Below, piece after piece: positions 1-13,200 of a stretch of 64,000 nt of DNA. The notes under the pieces are model-generated. The model saw only the letters and a program-made list of their open reading frames with translations, did no database searches and had not been told where the DNA came from. The position numbers were made by a program, and so were the translations under genes. The first letter of the stretch is position 1. Each line of letters opens with the position of its first letter. The stretch spans positions 19,064,223 to 19,128,222 of the forward strand of contig NC_069003.1 in the NCBI RefSeq assembly GCF_001194135.2, given 5' to 3'. Origin of the DNA: Octopus bimaculoides (taxonomy: Eukaryota).

Positions 1-1166
1 TGAGCTTGAAAGTATTTGCTGTAGGTGTCTGGGATTTTTTTTTTTTTTTTGTTCCTTAATTCTTTGGTCTTGACTTGATGTAGCTAAGAGGTTGTTTGAA
101 AAATTATTGTTTTAATTTAAATATTAGAAAGCATAACTGTGAGAGAAATATAACTATGTTAGTACATTCTTTCTATGTTTTTGTTGTGTGAAAAAAAGTG
201 GTGGAGAGTCTTCCAACAGACTGTTTCACAGTTTGTTAATTGCTCTTCAGAGATATATGCCCTGTTTCCTTCCTTAATTATTCACTCATTTGTCTAATCC
301 ATGCTTAGCATGGATTAGACAAACTTATATTATTGAGGCAGTGCTTTTCCGTTTTGACAGCCAAATGCCCTTCCTGTTGCTAACCCTTACCTGTTTTTCA
401 AGTAAAGCATCTCATATTCTTCACATCTTCAAAAGTACAGAGCCAACAGATCTGTTGACATGAAATCATTGCTGGTTTCACTGATTGTGCTTCATATTAA
501 GCACTCAGGATGTAAACATTGGCACACCCACATAACAGGCCCCTTTCTCCTACATTCACTCACAAGTCATTGGTGGACCCAGGGCTGTACCTTAAACCCC
601 ATGCCTGTGAAGTGAACTTCTTAATCAAAGCAGTCATACATTCTACAATTTATTTTATTTCTTTTATTTTTTAATTTTTATTTGTTTCGGTTATTAAATT
701 GTGGCCATTTCTGAGCCACCACCTTGGAGAATTATTTATTTTTATTTTAAACCTAGTACTTATTCTATCAGTCTCTTTTGCCAAACCATTAAGTTACAGG
801 GATGTAAACAGACCAACAGTGGTTCGGGACAAATACGCATGCACGACAGGTTTCTTTCAGTTTCTGTCTACCAAATCTGCTCACAAGACTTTGGTCAGCT
901 TGAGGATATATATAGTAGAAGACATTTGCCCAAGGTGCTATTTGGGAAGCACTTCCCTGAGAACTACATTAAAGCTATGCCCCACCACTTGCACATTAAT
1001 TTCACGAGCAGGCTGTCCTGTTGATCATATTAACTGGGACACTTGTCAGCATAACCAATAGAGAGCCAAGATATCTTTATAAGAAATCAGTATTATGTCA
1101 GTTGTTTCTTTCTTTATTTTTATTGCTCTCTGTTTTGTATTTTTATTATTATTTTTCCTCCCTCAG

Positions 1167-1289
1167 CTACTGCAGAAAGTTGTTCCATATCCAATACCTG
1201 TGCCCAGATATGTGAGAAATACTCCGTTGGCTTCAAATGCAGTTGTAACCCTGGGACTAAACTTGCCAATGATGGTGTCTCTTGCATAG
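1167..1289 (+). CDS. LRP1: LRP1-like exon A, EGF: [40 protein letters not shown]
   Basis: cctcag|CT...ATAG|gtatgt, 123 nt, phase 1-1, 6-Cys EGF. Confidence 0.93.
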   Translation, partial: LLQKVVPYPIPVPRYVRNTPLASNAVVTLGLNLPMMVSLA

Positions 1290-4200
1290 GTATGTGAAAT
1301 AAATTCCGTTTTTTAAATACTGTCTTCATTTTAAAGCATTGCCTTTTTTTGTTGTCCATCCACCAACACCCCATTCTCCCACTGTTAACTGTAATTACTT
1401 GGCTGCCTTCACTTGTAAGCAAATATGACCCTTGTAGCTTGTATAATGCTTTTGATAATTGGTTAAATTACCTATTTAGCCACAAGTAAACCTTTCTTGG
1501 CCCTCTCACACTTGATCCAGAGCAACAGCAAAAGATGTGACAGCTGGAGAGAGAGAGACACACACACACAGACACACAGAAAGTAGGAAGCAGCAGCACT
1601 TGGCTGCTACACATTTTCAACTGAGCAGGCAGGAGAAATGTGAAATGATGTACCTTGCTCAAGAACACACTGTGCTGCTCAGTCCGGGAGCCGATTACCC
1701 TATCCCAATGGTTCTCAACCAGGGTCCCTATAAGATTTTGTTATCTGCAATAAATTGGTTATACTTCTACAATGCACAAAATATTTTAACAATTTTTTAA
1801 TACAATTCCTAATAATATTTGATTATAAAAAATATGAATTTTTAAACATCAAATGGCTTTGAAGACCCATCTGAGTAAAATAGGAATCAAAGGAGGTCCA
1901 CGGTTGAGAAACACTGCCCTTGAAAAACACTTGGCCGTTTGATAAGGGCAAATGAAAAACTGAAATGCTGAAAATCATTCTGCTGGATAATTCTTCCTCC
2001 TCCCTTGTAACTGTTGCATTTGTTGTTGCTATCAAGTTGAATTCCTCCCTCTCCACTATTATCTAATGAATTGAGGCCCTCCACCAACCTTAGTTGCTCC
2101 AAATTTAGACATCCTAATTGGCTCCAGTTTCTACCATCATATCACAAGTCAGGCTCTCCACAACCAAGTTTCCCCACACATTGATAATCCTTTTAGGGTC
2201 CCCACTGCTGCTATCATTTAATAACAGTGAGTCTCAAACTTATTTTGTCAAGGAACTCTTTATATGATTTTCAAGAACTAGAACTCACACCTGCATAATA
2301 GTCACACACATCCCAGCCACCTTAGTTTTAATAAGACATTAGATTTGGCAAAAGTTGTTTTAAGGAGAGAATTTATTCAGATTTTAAAAACAACAATGTA
2401 TAATGATTTTTTATGTCATTTTATGGTATAAAATAAATCTTGATTAAAAGTCCCTTGTAGGACCCCAAAATATTTTCATGGAACCCACTTTGAGAAACAC
2501 TGATCAGAAGTGCTCAGGAAATCTTCCAGTTATACTTGCCTGACATGGAAACATTATCTTCAGTGAGTTCCATTAAATGGATTAAAAGACACCAAATTGA
2601 CATATGCCAACATGAAATCAGTGTCTTCAGTACCCTTATCACCCTCCACCTCCATCACCTATTTCCATTGACAGCTTCATTTTGACTTCTTATTTCAATT
2701 TCAGATGTAAATGAATGTCAACTGTATGGCTATTGTCCACAACTCTGCACCAACTTTTACGGTGGTTATAACTGTTCGTGTGAGAAAAACTTTGTTCCAA
2801 CGTATGAAAACCACCGGTTTGAATGCAAAGCCAATGGTAAGAGTTTATTGCATGATCCTTTAACATTCAGATAACTCTGTCAAATGTAATTCTTATTTAA
2901 TCTCTTTGTTTTCAGTTGATCATATATTATCTTATCGCCTCAATATTTCAATCATGTGATTGTTTATCTTTAGAGTGACATGATAGGGTAGGTGTGAGAA
3001 CCAGATCTCACTTGTTTGAATATAGAACAGGTAGAATATTTGGGCCGGATATGGCCAGTTTGAATGCTGAAGGGTTAAGCTTTTTAATAACCAACCTGTC
3101 CAAGACTGCTCTGGATCTATGGATAAAGTAATCTAATTTAAAACCTTAACAAAGTTATTTTACCAAATTCTTCATTATTTTCAAAATGAATTGCAACAAA
3201 GACACTGTGTATTTCTTCAGAAATACAGTAACAAAATGCTGATAGTCTGTGTGATCTGTAACTCATCTGAGATCACTCCTGGTTCTATTACATAAAATTT
3301 CAAGTTAATTTATGTTCAAAACCCCAGCTTAATAATGACAAAGTAATCTTACTAAATTCTTCGTGATTTTCAAAATTAATTGAAACAAGGGCAGTGTGTT
3401 TTAATAGAAATATGGTAACAATAGGATTAACTCTTTTTATAACCGTATTTTTTGATGTGTTTGTTAATTAACTTTGAAAGTAATCTTGAAAGTAAAACAT
3501 TTAATTATGCACTTTTACATTGTTTAAATCCCATGAAGTTTCCTTTTTATTGTTTGGGGCAAGGGTCAATAAAATAAGTACCCATTAAGTACAGAAGATA
3601 ATTATAAGATTACGGTGTTTTTTTTTCTATTTTATCCATTCACCCTTAATGAAGAAATATTTTTTTAAGTCATAGCCAGTGCTGTTGATACATGAAAGGC
3701 ATCCATGCCAGTGAAATGTTAACAGCACCCATGCCGGTGACACATGAACAGTATCCATTCTGGTGACACATTAAAGGCACCCATTCTGGTGACATGCAAA
3801 AGACACCCAGTACACTCTGTGGAGTGGTTAGCATTAGAAAGGAATTTCAGGCATAGAAACCAAGCCAAAACAGACTGCAGCTCTCTGGCTTACCAGTCCC
3901 AGTCAAACCATCTAACCCATGCCAGCATGGAAAATAGGCAGTAAATGATGATGATGATATATATTTACACCATACAGTTTGATCACCCTCCAGTCATCAT
4001 TAGTCATCTTTTCCCTGTATATGTACAAAGTACCTGACAAGGTTTGACCTAGGAATTATAAGCATTTTTCTCAACCAAAGATAACAAGCACTCTTATCCT
4101 ACTAGGTTACACCTTTTAACAGGAGGTTGAAAAAGAGAACACTCACAAGGGAGTATGACCTGGTGACATGTACCATGCTTTTGGTAAGTGTTTCAGGAGT

Positions 4201-7200
4201 GCTGGTCCCACATGAAAAGTACTGATGATGGAACCACATGAAAAGCACCCAGTACACTCTGTAAAATAGTTGGTGTTAGGAAGGGCATCCAGCTGTAGAA
4301 ATCAAGCCAAAACAAACTATGAAACCTGGTGTGGCCCCTGACCTTACCAGTTCCTGTCAAGCCATTCAATACATGCCAGCATGGAAAATGGATGTAAAAT
4401 GCTAATAATGATGTGTCTATATAGTTGTGAGTAGACATAGACACCTTCTCAACCCTCCCATCCTTGACTCAGCAGAACATTAAAAACGTGACAACTGGAG
4501 TGTGAGATGGAATGGGTTGCACCAGTACTCAGCTGGTATTCATTTTCAGTTGAGTATACTGGTACTGTGTGAAATGAAGTGTTTTACTCAAGGACACAGC
4601 ACGCTGCCCAGGATAGGGATTGAACCTACAATTTTATGATTGTAGGCTGCATGCATTCACAAAGAAGAGGATAATAGACTGAATAAAATTATTTAAATGT
4701 ATCATAAACTTTTAGTAACAGTCAGATATTATAGCAATCAGGAATAACACAATAAGTAGGTGATAATTAGAGATTAAACCAAATGAAATGTGGAAGACAC
4801 TTGGACAAGACACCATGCAGTGACATTAAACCCAAAACCACATGTTTAGGAAGCATACCTCTTTACAATTCAGCTATGTCTGTGTCTGTTGCTTAATAAC
4901 ATTTTCTTCTAACACAATCTTACTTGGTAACAATTCAAAATAGCCTTCAAATATGAAAACAAAAATCCTCCAGGTGATCTTATCTGTAACAATGTAATGA
5001 TTACCTTAATCTGATTTTTAATTTAATTCCTTCTCTTGTCCTTGTAGGCGAAGATGCTTTCTTATTGATAGCTGAAGAGAACACCCTTCATGTCAGTAGC
5101 CCATCGAGGGACATTGAGAAACTCAGAGTTTGGACAGTCAGTAACTGCTTTTAACTTTTATTTCTTTCCATTTTTTTTTAATGTATTCATTGTTCAGTTT
5201 TTCTTAAAAACATTTTGACCTTCTTGTTTCCAGCATTTTGGTGGCCATGTAATTAAGGGTATTCGGCTCATGATTGTAAGGCCAGGAGTTTGATAGGCCA
5301 AAGCACATAGTGTCCTTCAGCAAGACACTGTATTTAACATGGCTCCAGTTCACTCAGATGGCAAAAATGAGTTGTACTTGTAATTCAAAGGGCCATCCTT
5401 GTCACGTTCTATGTCATGCTGATTCTCTCTGAGAACCATGTATCTATGGAGTGCTCAGCCACTTGTACATTAATTTCACAAGCAAACTGTTCCATTGATT
5501 TGAGCAACTAGAAACCTTATCATCATAACTGACAAAGAATTTGTCTCTTTGAAGTTCCTGTCAGTAAGATTGATGAATTCTTTAGAGCAGCATTTGCCAA
5601 CAAAGATTCCTCAAGATGTTGTTGGAGGTTCTGTAAAATAATAGAAAGAAATAGATACAGTGTATGTAATTGAAACAGCATTAAATTAGAAGTCTTCAGT
5701 GTACTGTACTTAAGGTATATACACCATTAAAAGGCATGATGCTTGACATTTGTCTGAGAGAAAATCTCTTCAAAGACATGTTGTGTTACAAACCCTATAT
5801 ATATATGTGTGTGTGCATACACACACACATAAATATTGGAGCAAGGCAAACATCATTTCAACAGTGACCCCTAAGAACACCAGATGCATTTTGGTCTTTT
5901 CAGGCCTTGTTATTCATGTATACCTGTTTGTCACATGTCTGAATGAAGTTTGTTTCCTCTGATCTACAAGGAACAGATAAATAATTATACATTCACTGAT
6001 GTTGCAAAAAGTTTGCTGGACTTTATAAACTTGGTGAATGCAATTAAAACAAAATTAAATTAAAATAACCATCTGCAAAAAATTTCAAGAAATGAACAAG
6101 GAAAGCAAAAGGAAAGTCCCTTCAGCTAAATGGGTGGAGTATTTGAAAGATGGGGAGGGGTGGTTTTCTACTGGGTATTGCAGAGTTAAAGTTTGATAGA
6201 AAGGCAAGCACAGATGCCTTGCTATAGTGAAGATACATGGCTACCCTGTATTATATAAAGGTAGGTGGGAATACACAATGGATTTCTGTGAAATTTCTAA
6301 CTACTAGTTGCAGCTAAGTTATGAGTCAATTATTGTTCACGTTTGTGCTTTTTTATTTTTTATTCAGGAGAGAAAGGCAGTACTAAGGACCTCTTACAGA
6401 GCCTTCAATGCTAGTAAGAAGGGAGGATAGGTGCAGGCTGTGTGGTAAGAAGCTTGCTTCCCAACAACATGGTTGCGGGTTTAGTCCCCACTGCATGACA
6501 CTTTGGGCAAGTGTCTTCTACTATAGCCTTGGGCCGACTAAATCCTTGTGAGTGGATTTGGTAGACAAATTGAAAGAAGCCTATTGTGTGTGTGTGTCTT
6601 TGTGTCTGTATTTGTCCCCTACCACTGCTTGACAACCAGTGTTGGTGTTTACATTCCTGTAACTTAGCAGTTCAGCAGTTCTGTAAAGGCCCACTTTTGC
6701 TTTTTATTCCATTTATCCATGCATATCATATATATTGTATGATATCTTATATATGAAAATATCCTCATATATCCTTCCTCTCTCATTTTCATCACTGACA
6801 ATGTTTATGCAAGTAAAATTTAAACAGATCCCAACACAAATAACTCTCTAAAACTAGTCCCCCCCCCCCAATCTTTTTTGTATCCTGGACCAGGTGATAT
6901 GCATGTACAAAACTCAATAAAGTGCATTATATGTAATTTAGTTATTCCATATATATCTATCTGTTGGTGCACCATGATATCTCCATCCCCACTGCCTTCT
7001 CACTAGTATTCGAGGCTCTGTAAAAGGTCCTTAATACTGCTCAAAGAACAAATGTGAACAGTAATTGACTCATAATGTACCTGCAACTAATAAAGCAGTT
7101 GTTGTTGTTTGTATTTTACACCTGTTTTTCAATGCTGGCATGGGTTAGATGTGTGCATATTCTTCAGACATTGCTTCACAACTGGAAAAGACTTCCTGGC

Positions 7201-10200
7201 TCTAACTTTTACCTGTTTTACAATTAATGGATGTTTTTTTTTAATTATTTTTATTACATCTTTCAAAGCACTGAGCTAGTGACTGGTTTGTTGACAAGGA
7301 ATGTGAAAACAAATATCACTGTTTAAGTCAGCATATAATGTAAATATATGCACACATATATATTATCAGTCTGTACGTTAGGTATAAAAGCACACTCAGT
7401 ATAAGAAATAAAGTAGGCATATTTTTTTATATTCACGTGATCACGTGACCGACCAGATTATCAGATGTTGTTCCACATCGTTGGTCACAATGTGCTTTGC
7501 ATCATTTTAGTTGTCAATGCCACCCAACTGGCTAGGCAAGCAGGCCAACATTCTTCCCAAAAGGAAAGAATCATGTGGTTTCAAGTTCAGTCTATGGTAT
7601 GACACCTACTGTAAGCCTTTAACCAACCAATGTCTTGTAGGTGAATTTGATAGATGGAAACTGCATGGAAGCCCATTATATATATATATTTATTATGTGT
7701 GTGTACATATAAATTTGTGTGTATTTGTTTGTCTCTCCCTCCCCCACTGCTTGACAACCAGACTTATAAATAGATATTAGGGTTTATTTGTTTGACTAAA
7801 CTCTTCAAGAAAGTACCCCAGCATGGCCACAGTTCAATGACTGAAACTAATAAAAAGAAAGATACACATGCATACCTAGACACAAATAAACTTCATAAAT
7901 CACATTATAATTTGTCAAATAAATACCCAAATAAATAAACCAACATTTTCTGTCAAATGGATGAACGTCATGGCTTGTTTCATTTTCTGTTTCTGTTTTT
8001 CCCTTCAAAAACTTTGACAAATTCCATTCAATCGAATATTTACACTGAAACTATTCTGCTTATTCTTATATTTGTTTATTTTCCAGCACAAAAAAGGAGA
8101 GAAAATTTCCAGTATTCAACTCGACATCGATGCAAATGTCGTTTTCATGTTGCTGAATGGCCAGATTACGAAAATGAGTCTTCCTGTTGTTAACATCCAG
8201 AAAAGAGATACTCACCAGTTAAACGCACATGTGAGTTTGCTGCTCAATAAATGTCTAACGATATCAATTAACTCCTAAACTCATATTTGACATCATAAAG
8301 CACCAGTCAGAGACAGCAAAGAGTGAAGCCAACAGACTCTATGGCATGACTAAGTCCTTTAGCATTTAGACTACTTTGTCGAATGTGATGTTTATTTATT
8401 CACATTGTTTTGAGTTAACCCTTTAGCATTTACAGTATTTTGTCAAATGAAATTGTTTTTTTATTCACATTATTTTGAATTAATCATGATGATATTGTAG
8501 GATTTGTGTGAGAGGCCAGATCTGGCCAGTTTGAACATAAAACAGATGGAATACTTTGGCTGGATATGGCCGGTTTAAATGCTAAAAGGATAATCTTGCC
8601 CAAGAAAAGGCTATCAAATAGTTGTTTGTTACTTTATTAATTTTTTTACATGTAGACTTATTTTGTCAGTAGATGTTGAAATAACAATAATTTGCAATTA
8701 TCATCATTGTTTAAACATCCATGTTCTAAGCTGGCTTAGGTTGGATGGTTTGACAAAATCTGATAGGTCCGGGACTGCTTTGTGCTCTAGTGTCTTGTTC
8801 TGATGCCCTTCCTAACACCAACAACTTTCAAGCAGGTACCAACTGCGTTTTTGTGCTACCAGAACTAGTGAGGTCACCATACAGCTTGCAAGACTATGAA
8901 CTAGAAGGGCTTTATACTAGGAAATGAAAGGTTGAAGTACAAGAGAAGAGGTCACATTTTCAATAAAAGCAGGAATATATATTGGTATTGTATTATATCA
9001 CTATGTTGCAGTAATATATCAAATCGCATCCTGAAAATTTCCACTTTCGCTATCAAAATACTGTTCCTCATTGGACAAAAATTCAAAATCCTCTATATAT
9101 TCATCCAAATACAACTCAGTGTTATTTTCTTTTTTTTTTCCTTCTTTCTTTTATATTTTGCAAGTTTTTAGTATAAATCCTTCTAAGTTGTAACTGTTGC
9201 TTGTTGAAGCCATATCAGTAGCTACAAAAACAAAATGGATTTCCATTTCAAATGTTAAAAAGAAAAGAAAATGTTTTTAGCATTTATAATCTTATTTAGA
9301 CTGAAATTGCTTTATCTCGCATTTGAAAGAGTTTGATGATGATGTTTATTATCTAGTTTGTGAAATGACATCATTGTGTAAGCCTCATAGACTGGATCTA
9401 GCTGGTTTGAACATAGAACAGAATATTTGGAAATAATTGGTTTAAATCCTAAAGGATTAAACTACATATCTAGAAATTGGTACTTTTTATGTCAAAAAGA
9501 GTCTATTTATATGCTCTATAAAATTAGTGTGTTATAGAGGGCACTAGCAATACAGACAAAACATTAAATATCTAACGGTGGCAAAAATAATGAAATATCT
9601 TAGTCTTTCACCCTTTATTACACATTCCTCTCATCATTCATGCTTCTCACTCTGTGAAGAGACCAGTGAACAGACACACCTCATACTCTCACAGTGAGAG
9701 GGCGCTTTAATGTATGTCTCATTCTTTCTCTTATTCGCTCTCTCTTTCTCTCTCACATACTAGGATGTTAAACCTGTTACCTTGAAATTCTACAGACCAG
9801 TTGAACCAGTTGATCTTGCCATAGACTGGGTTGATAAACACATCTACTGGACTGACCATGCTGTTCGAGGGATCCGCATGGCTGATTATAATGGTACCTA
9901 CATGCATACCTTTACCAGAAGCAGATACTTGAGTCCTTATGCCATTGCTGTTGATCCAATACACAAGTAAGTCACCCATTTCTGATTTTTTTTTTTTCTA
10001 ATGGTTAATTATTTATTTATTTTAGATTAACTTGATGGACGGCTTTCTATTTTTCTTTCTTCTTGCTTTTAGGAAAATATTTTGGACTAACCATGACCAT
10101 TTTCCTCAGATTGAAAGTTGTGACTTGGATGGACATAATCGTAAAGTTTTGGTTTACAAGAATATTAAGCGGCCTTCAGGTCTGGCTTTAGACATTCCCA

Positions 10201-13200
10201 ACCGCCGACTCTACTGGGCTGACATAGCAACTAAGACAATTGGAACCGTGGACATTGATGGTAATGATCAACAGCAAGTTGCTAAATTCATTCAAGGTAA
10301 AATGACCGTTTTTTTTTTTTGTGGGTGGGGGTGTATTATCCTGTCTTTATTTTATGTTATTAAATTGGTGTTTGGGACAGAAATGAACTTAGTTTTAGAA
10401 ATGATTAAATAAGATTACTTTAAAATGAGAGGTTTTTGCACCCCAGAATTACAGGTGGTTGTCTCAAGTGGATTGGTATCAAAAAAGTTAAATTAAATAA
10501 AATAATTGAGTGTTATCAGGTAAGTTATAATGAGTTTATCAAATAAAGGCTTTCTTTGGAGAATGCTATTGCATTTAAGGTTGCATTGAGTAAGTAGGGT
10601 TTGGCTCAATGTTATCCTAAACCCTTTAAATTTCTTTCTGGTCAAGATGTATTATGACTCACTTCTTTCATATTACATTTTGTAAACAATTTAGTCATCA
10701 TTATTTTAACAGATTTCCAGTGAATCTCCAACTGGTTCACTGCATTTAAAATGATTAAAAATAACACAGTAACATTGGTACCAATCCAGTAGAACAATTA
10801 CCATCAGGTATTTTTGTTCAAAAGTACCAGTTGTATCAGTTTTGTCATCATCACTGCTAGCTCTCTGCCATCATCACTGCCATATGCCAGCTCCCTGGAC
10901 CTCCCTCTGTGGTCATCATGTCTTCGCAATCTCAGAAGGTCTCCAAATGCCATGTGCATTATCCCTTCCAAACCCAACAAGAAAAAAAAAAGTTGCAGTC
11001 TTGTACATTTACTTAGTGATTCATTCATCTTTATTATGACAAGTAGAGTGAAGAATATATTTCGCTAATGAGATCAGAACAAGTTTGAAACATTTACAGT
11101 TAGTAATATCAGTGTTTGCCAGGAAATTAGAGACATTTAACAGCTTATCAAATATTTTGGATTTAATTTTTACTTCATGTTATTTTTAATTAATTTTTGT
11201 TTTGTTTTTATTAATGCTCCAAGAGAAATATAACTTTTGTTGCTGACAGTTATGCAAGGACTTACTCTTCCTCGTACCATATACAAACATATATATGTAT
11301 ATATATCTATATATATATATATNNNNNNNNNNNNNNNNNNNNNNNNNNNNNNNNNNNNNNNNNNNNNNNNNNNNNNNNNNNNNNNNNNNNNNNNNNNNNN
11401 NNNNNNNNNNNNNNNNNNNNNNNNNNNNNNNNNNNNNNNNNNNNNNNNNNNNNNNNNNNNNNNNNNNNNNNNNNNNNNNNNNNNNNNNNNNNNNNNNNNN
11501 NNNNNNNNNNNNNNNNNNNNNNNNNNNNNNNNNNNNNNNNNNNNNNNNNNNNNNNNNNNNNNNNNNNNNNNNNNNNNNNNNNNNNNNNNNNNNNNNNNNN
11601 NNNNNNNNNNNNNNNNNNNNNNNNNNNNNNNNNNNNNNNNNNNNNNNNNNNNNNNNNNNNNNNNNNNNNNNNNNNNNNNNNNNNNNNNNNNNNNNNNNNN
11701 NNNNNNNNNNNNNNNNNNNNNNNNNNNNNNNNNNNNNNNNNNNNNNNNNNNNNNNNNNNNNNNNNNNNNNNNNNNNNNNNNNNNNNNNNNNNNNNNNNNN
11801 NNNNNNNNNNNNNNNNNNNNNNNNNNNNNNNNNNNNNNNNNNNNNNNNNNNNNNNNNNNNNNNNNNNNNNNNNNNNNNNNNNNNNNNNNNNNNNNNNNNN
11901 NNNNNNNNNNNNNNNNNNNNNNNNNNNNNNNNNNNNNNNNATATATATATAGGCATGGCTGTGTGATAAGAAGCTTGCTTCCCAACCACATGGCTTCTGG
12001 TTCAGTCCCACTGTGTGGCACCTTGGGCAAGTGTCTTCTACAATAGCCTCGGGCCGACCAAAGCCTTGTGAGTGGATTTGGTAGACAGAAACTGAAAGAA
12101 GCCCATCATATACATCTATAATATAAACTCTGTTCTGTCTGTGTGTGTGTAAAAGATTATAATGGCTGTATTTTTCAACTGATTTTCTCCAAACTGGGAA
12201 CATACATTACTTATGCTTGAGGGATGGTTTTAGACATAAAATTCCACACATAATGAGTAATGGGGTCCCTGGGGGCAGAAAACACCCATTCCTGGGTAAC
12301 ATGGAGAAGAGAGGTATCTCTTTGTGAAGTAACCTTCAGGAATTGTCTCCCTTATATCCATTGGTCNNNNNNNNNNTATATATATATATATATATATATG
12401 TATCCGTTTATATCTTATCTGTCTAACTAGCTAGCTCTCTCTCTTCCCCTCTCCCTATATCTCAATCACTCTCTATTGTTTCCATATTCATTTTTCAGAT
12501 GCTATTGTTTTCATTTTAAGTTCAATTGCTATTGTTTTCACTCTAAGTTTTCAATCACTATTTACAGACAGCGACAAATTACTGACAGAAAGAAGTTCAC
12601 AATTACTGATGAAAGTAATTTCATACATAATTTACTGACAAAAGTAACTTCTTAAATTTCACTTCAATCCATATGCTTTGTTAAATTTGCCTACAAATTT
12701 CTCATTTACTTTTGGAACATTTTGTGTTTTTTTGTTGTTGACGGAATTACTGATCACTTAAATCCGCACACTTTGTTAATTTCCCTAAAAAAATTTTATT
12801 TACTCTTACAACGGTTTTGTGTTTTTCTGTTGTTAACAGCATTTTTCTGGTTCCTTCAATACTGGCTCTTTGGTTCTCTGACAAATTTCACTTCAACCCG
12901 TACAATTCTTTATTTTTTCATAAAAATTTCTTATTTACTTTCTCCTGTCGTATTAAGAAATATAATTTCCATTACCCAGTTATTTTCATTGTTTACTATC
13001 TTCTGCACCCATGTATTGCTATATACATATATAACCATACCTAGAAGGAAAGTGTCAAATTTGTCTACAATGTCGAGGTCAGCCAAACAAATGTCTCTGT
13101 CCAAGGAAAGAGAGACAGCTGCAGAAAGAGAAGCATACCAAGAAATGAACAGACTGTGCACACCAAAATCAGCCTTTCATTGTTTATAATCTGTACCTGT

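Noticed and set aside
699-1061. Overlapping 107-120 aa ORFs
   Set aside because: Composed of SINE and other interspersed-repeat sequence
11170-12203. Long ORFs of 223-298 aa
   Set aside because: Poly-X artefacts spanning the N gap
12722-13189. 155-aa ORF ending in a charged ERETAAERE stretch
   Set aside because: AT-rich, no domain or splice support; probably a decayed repeat that I could not classify
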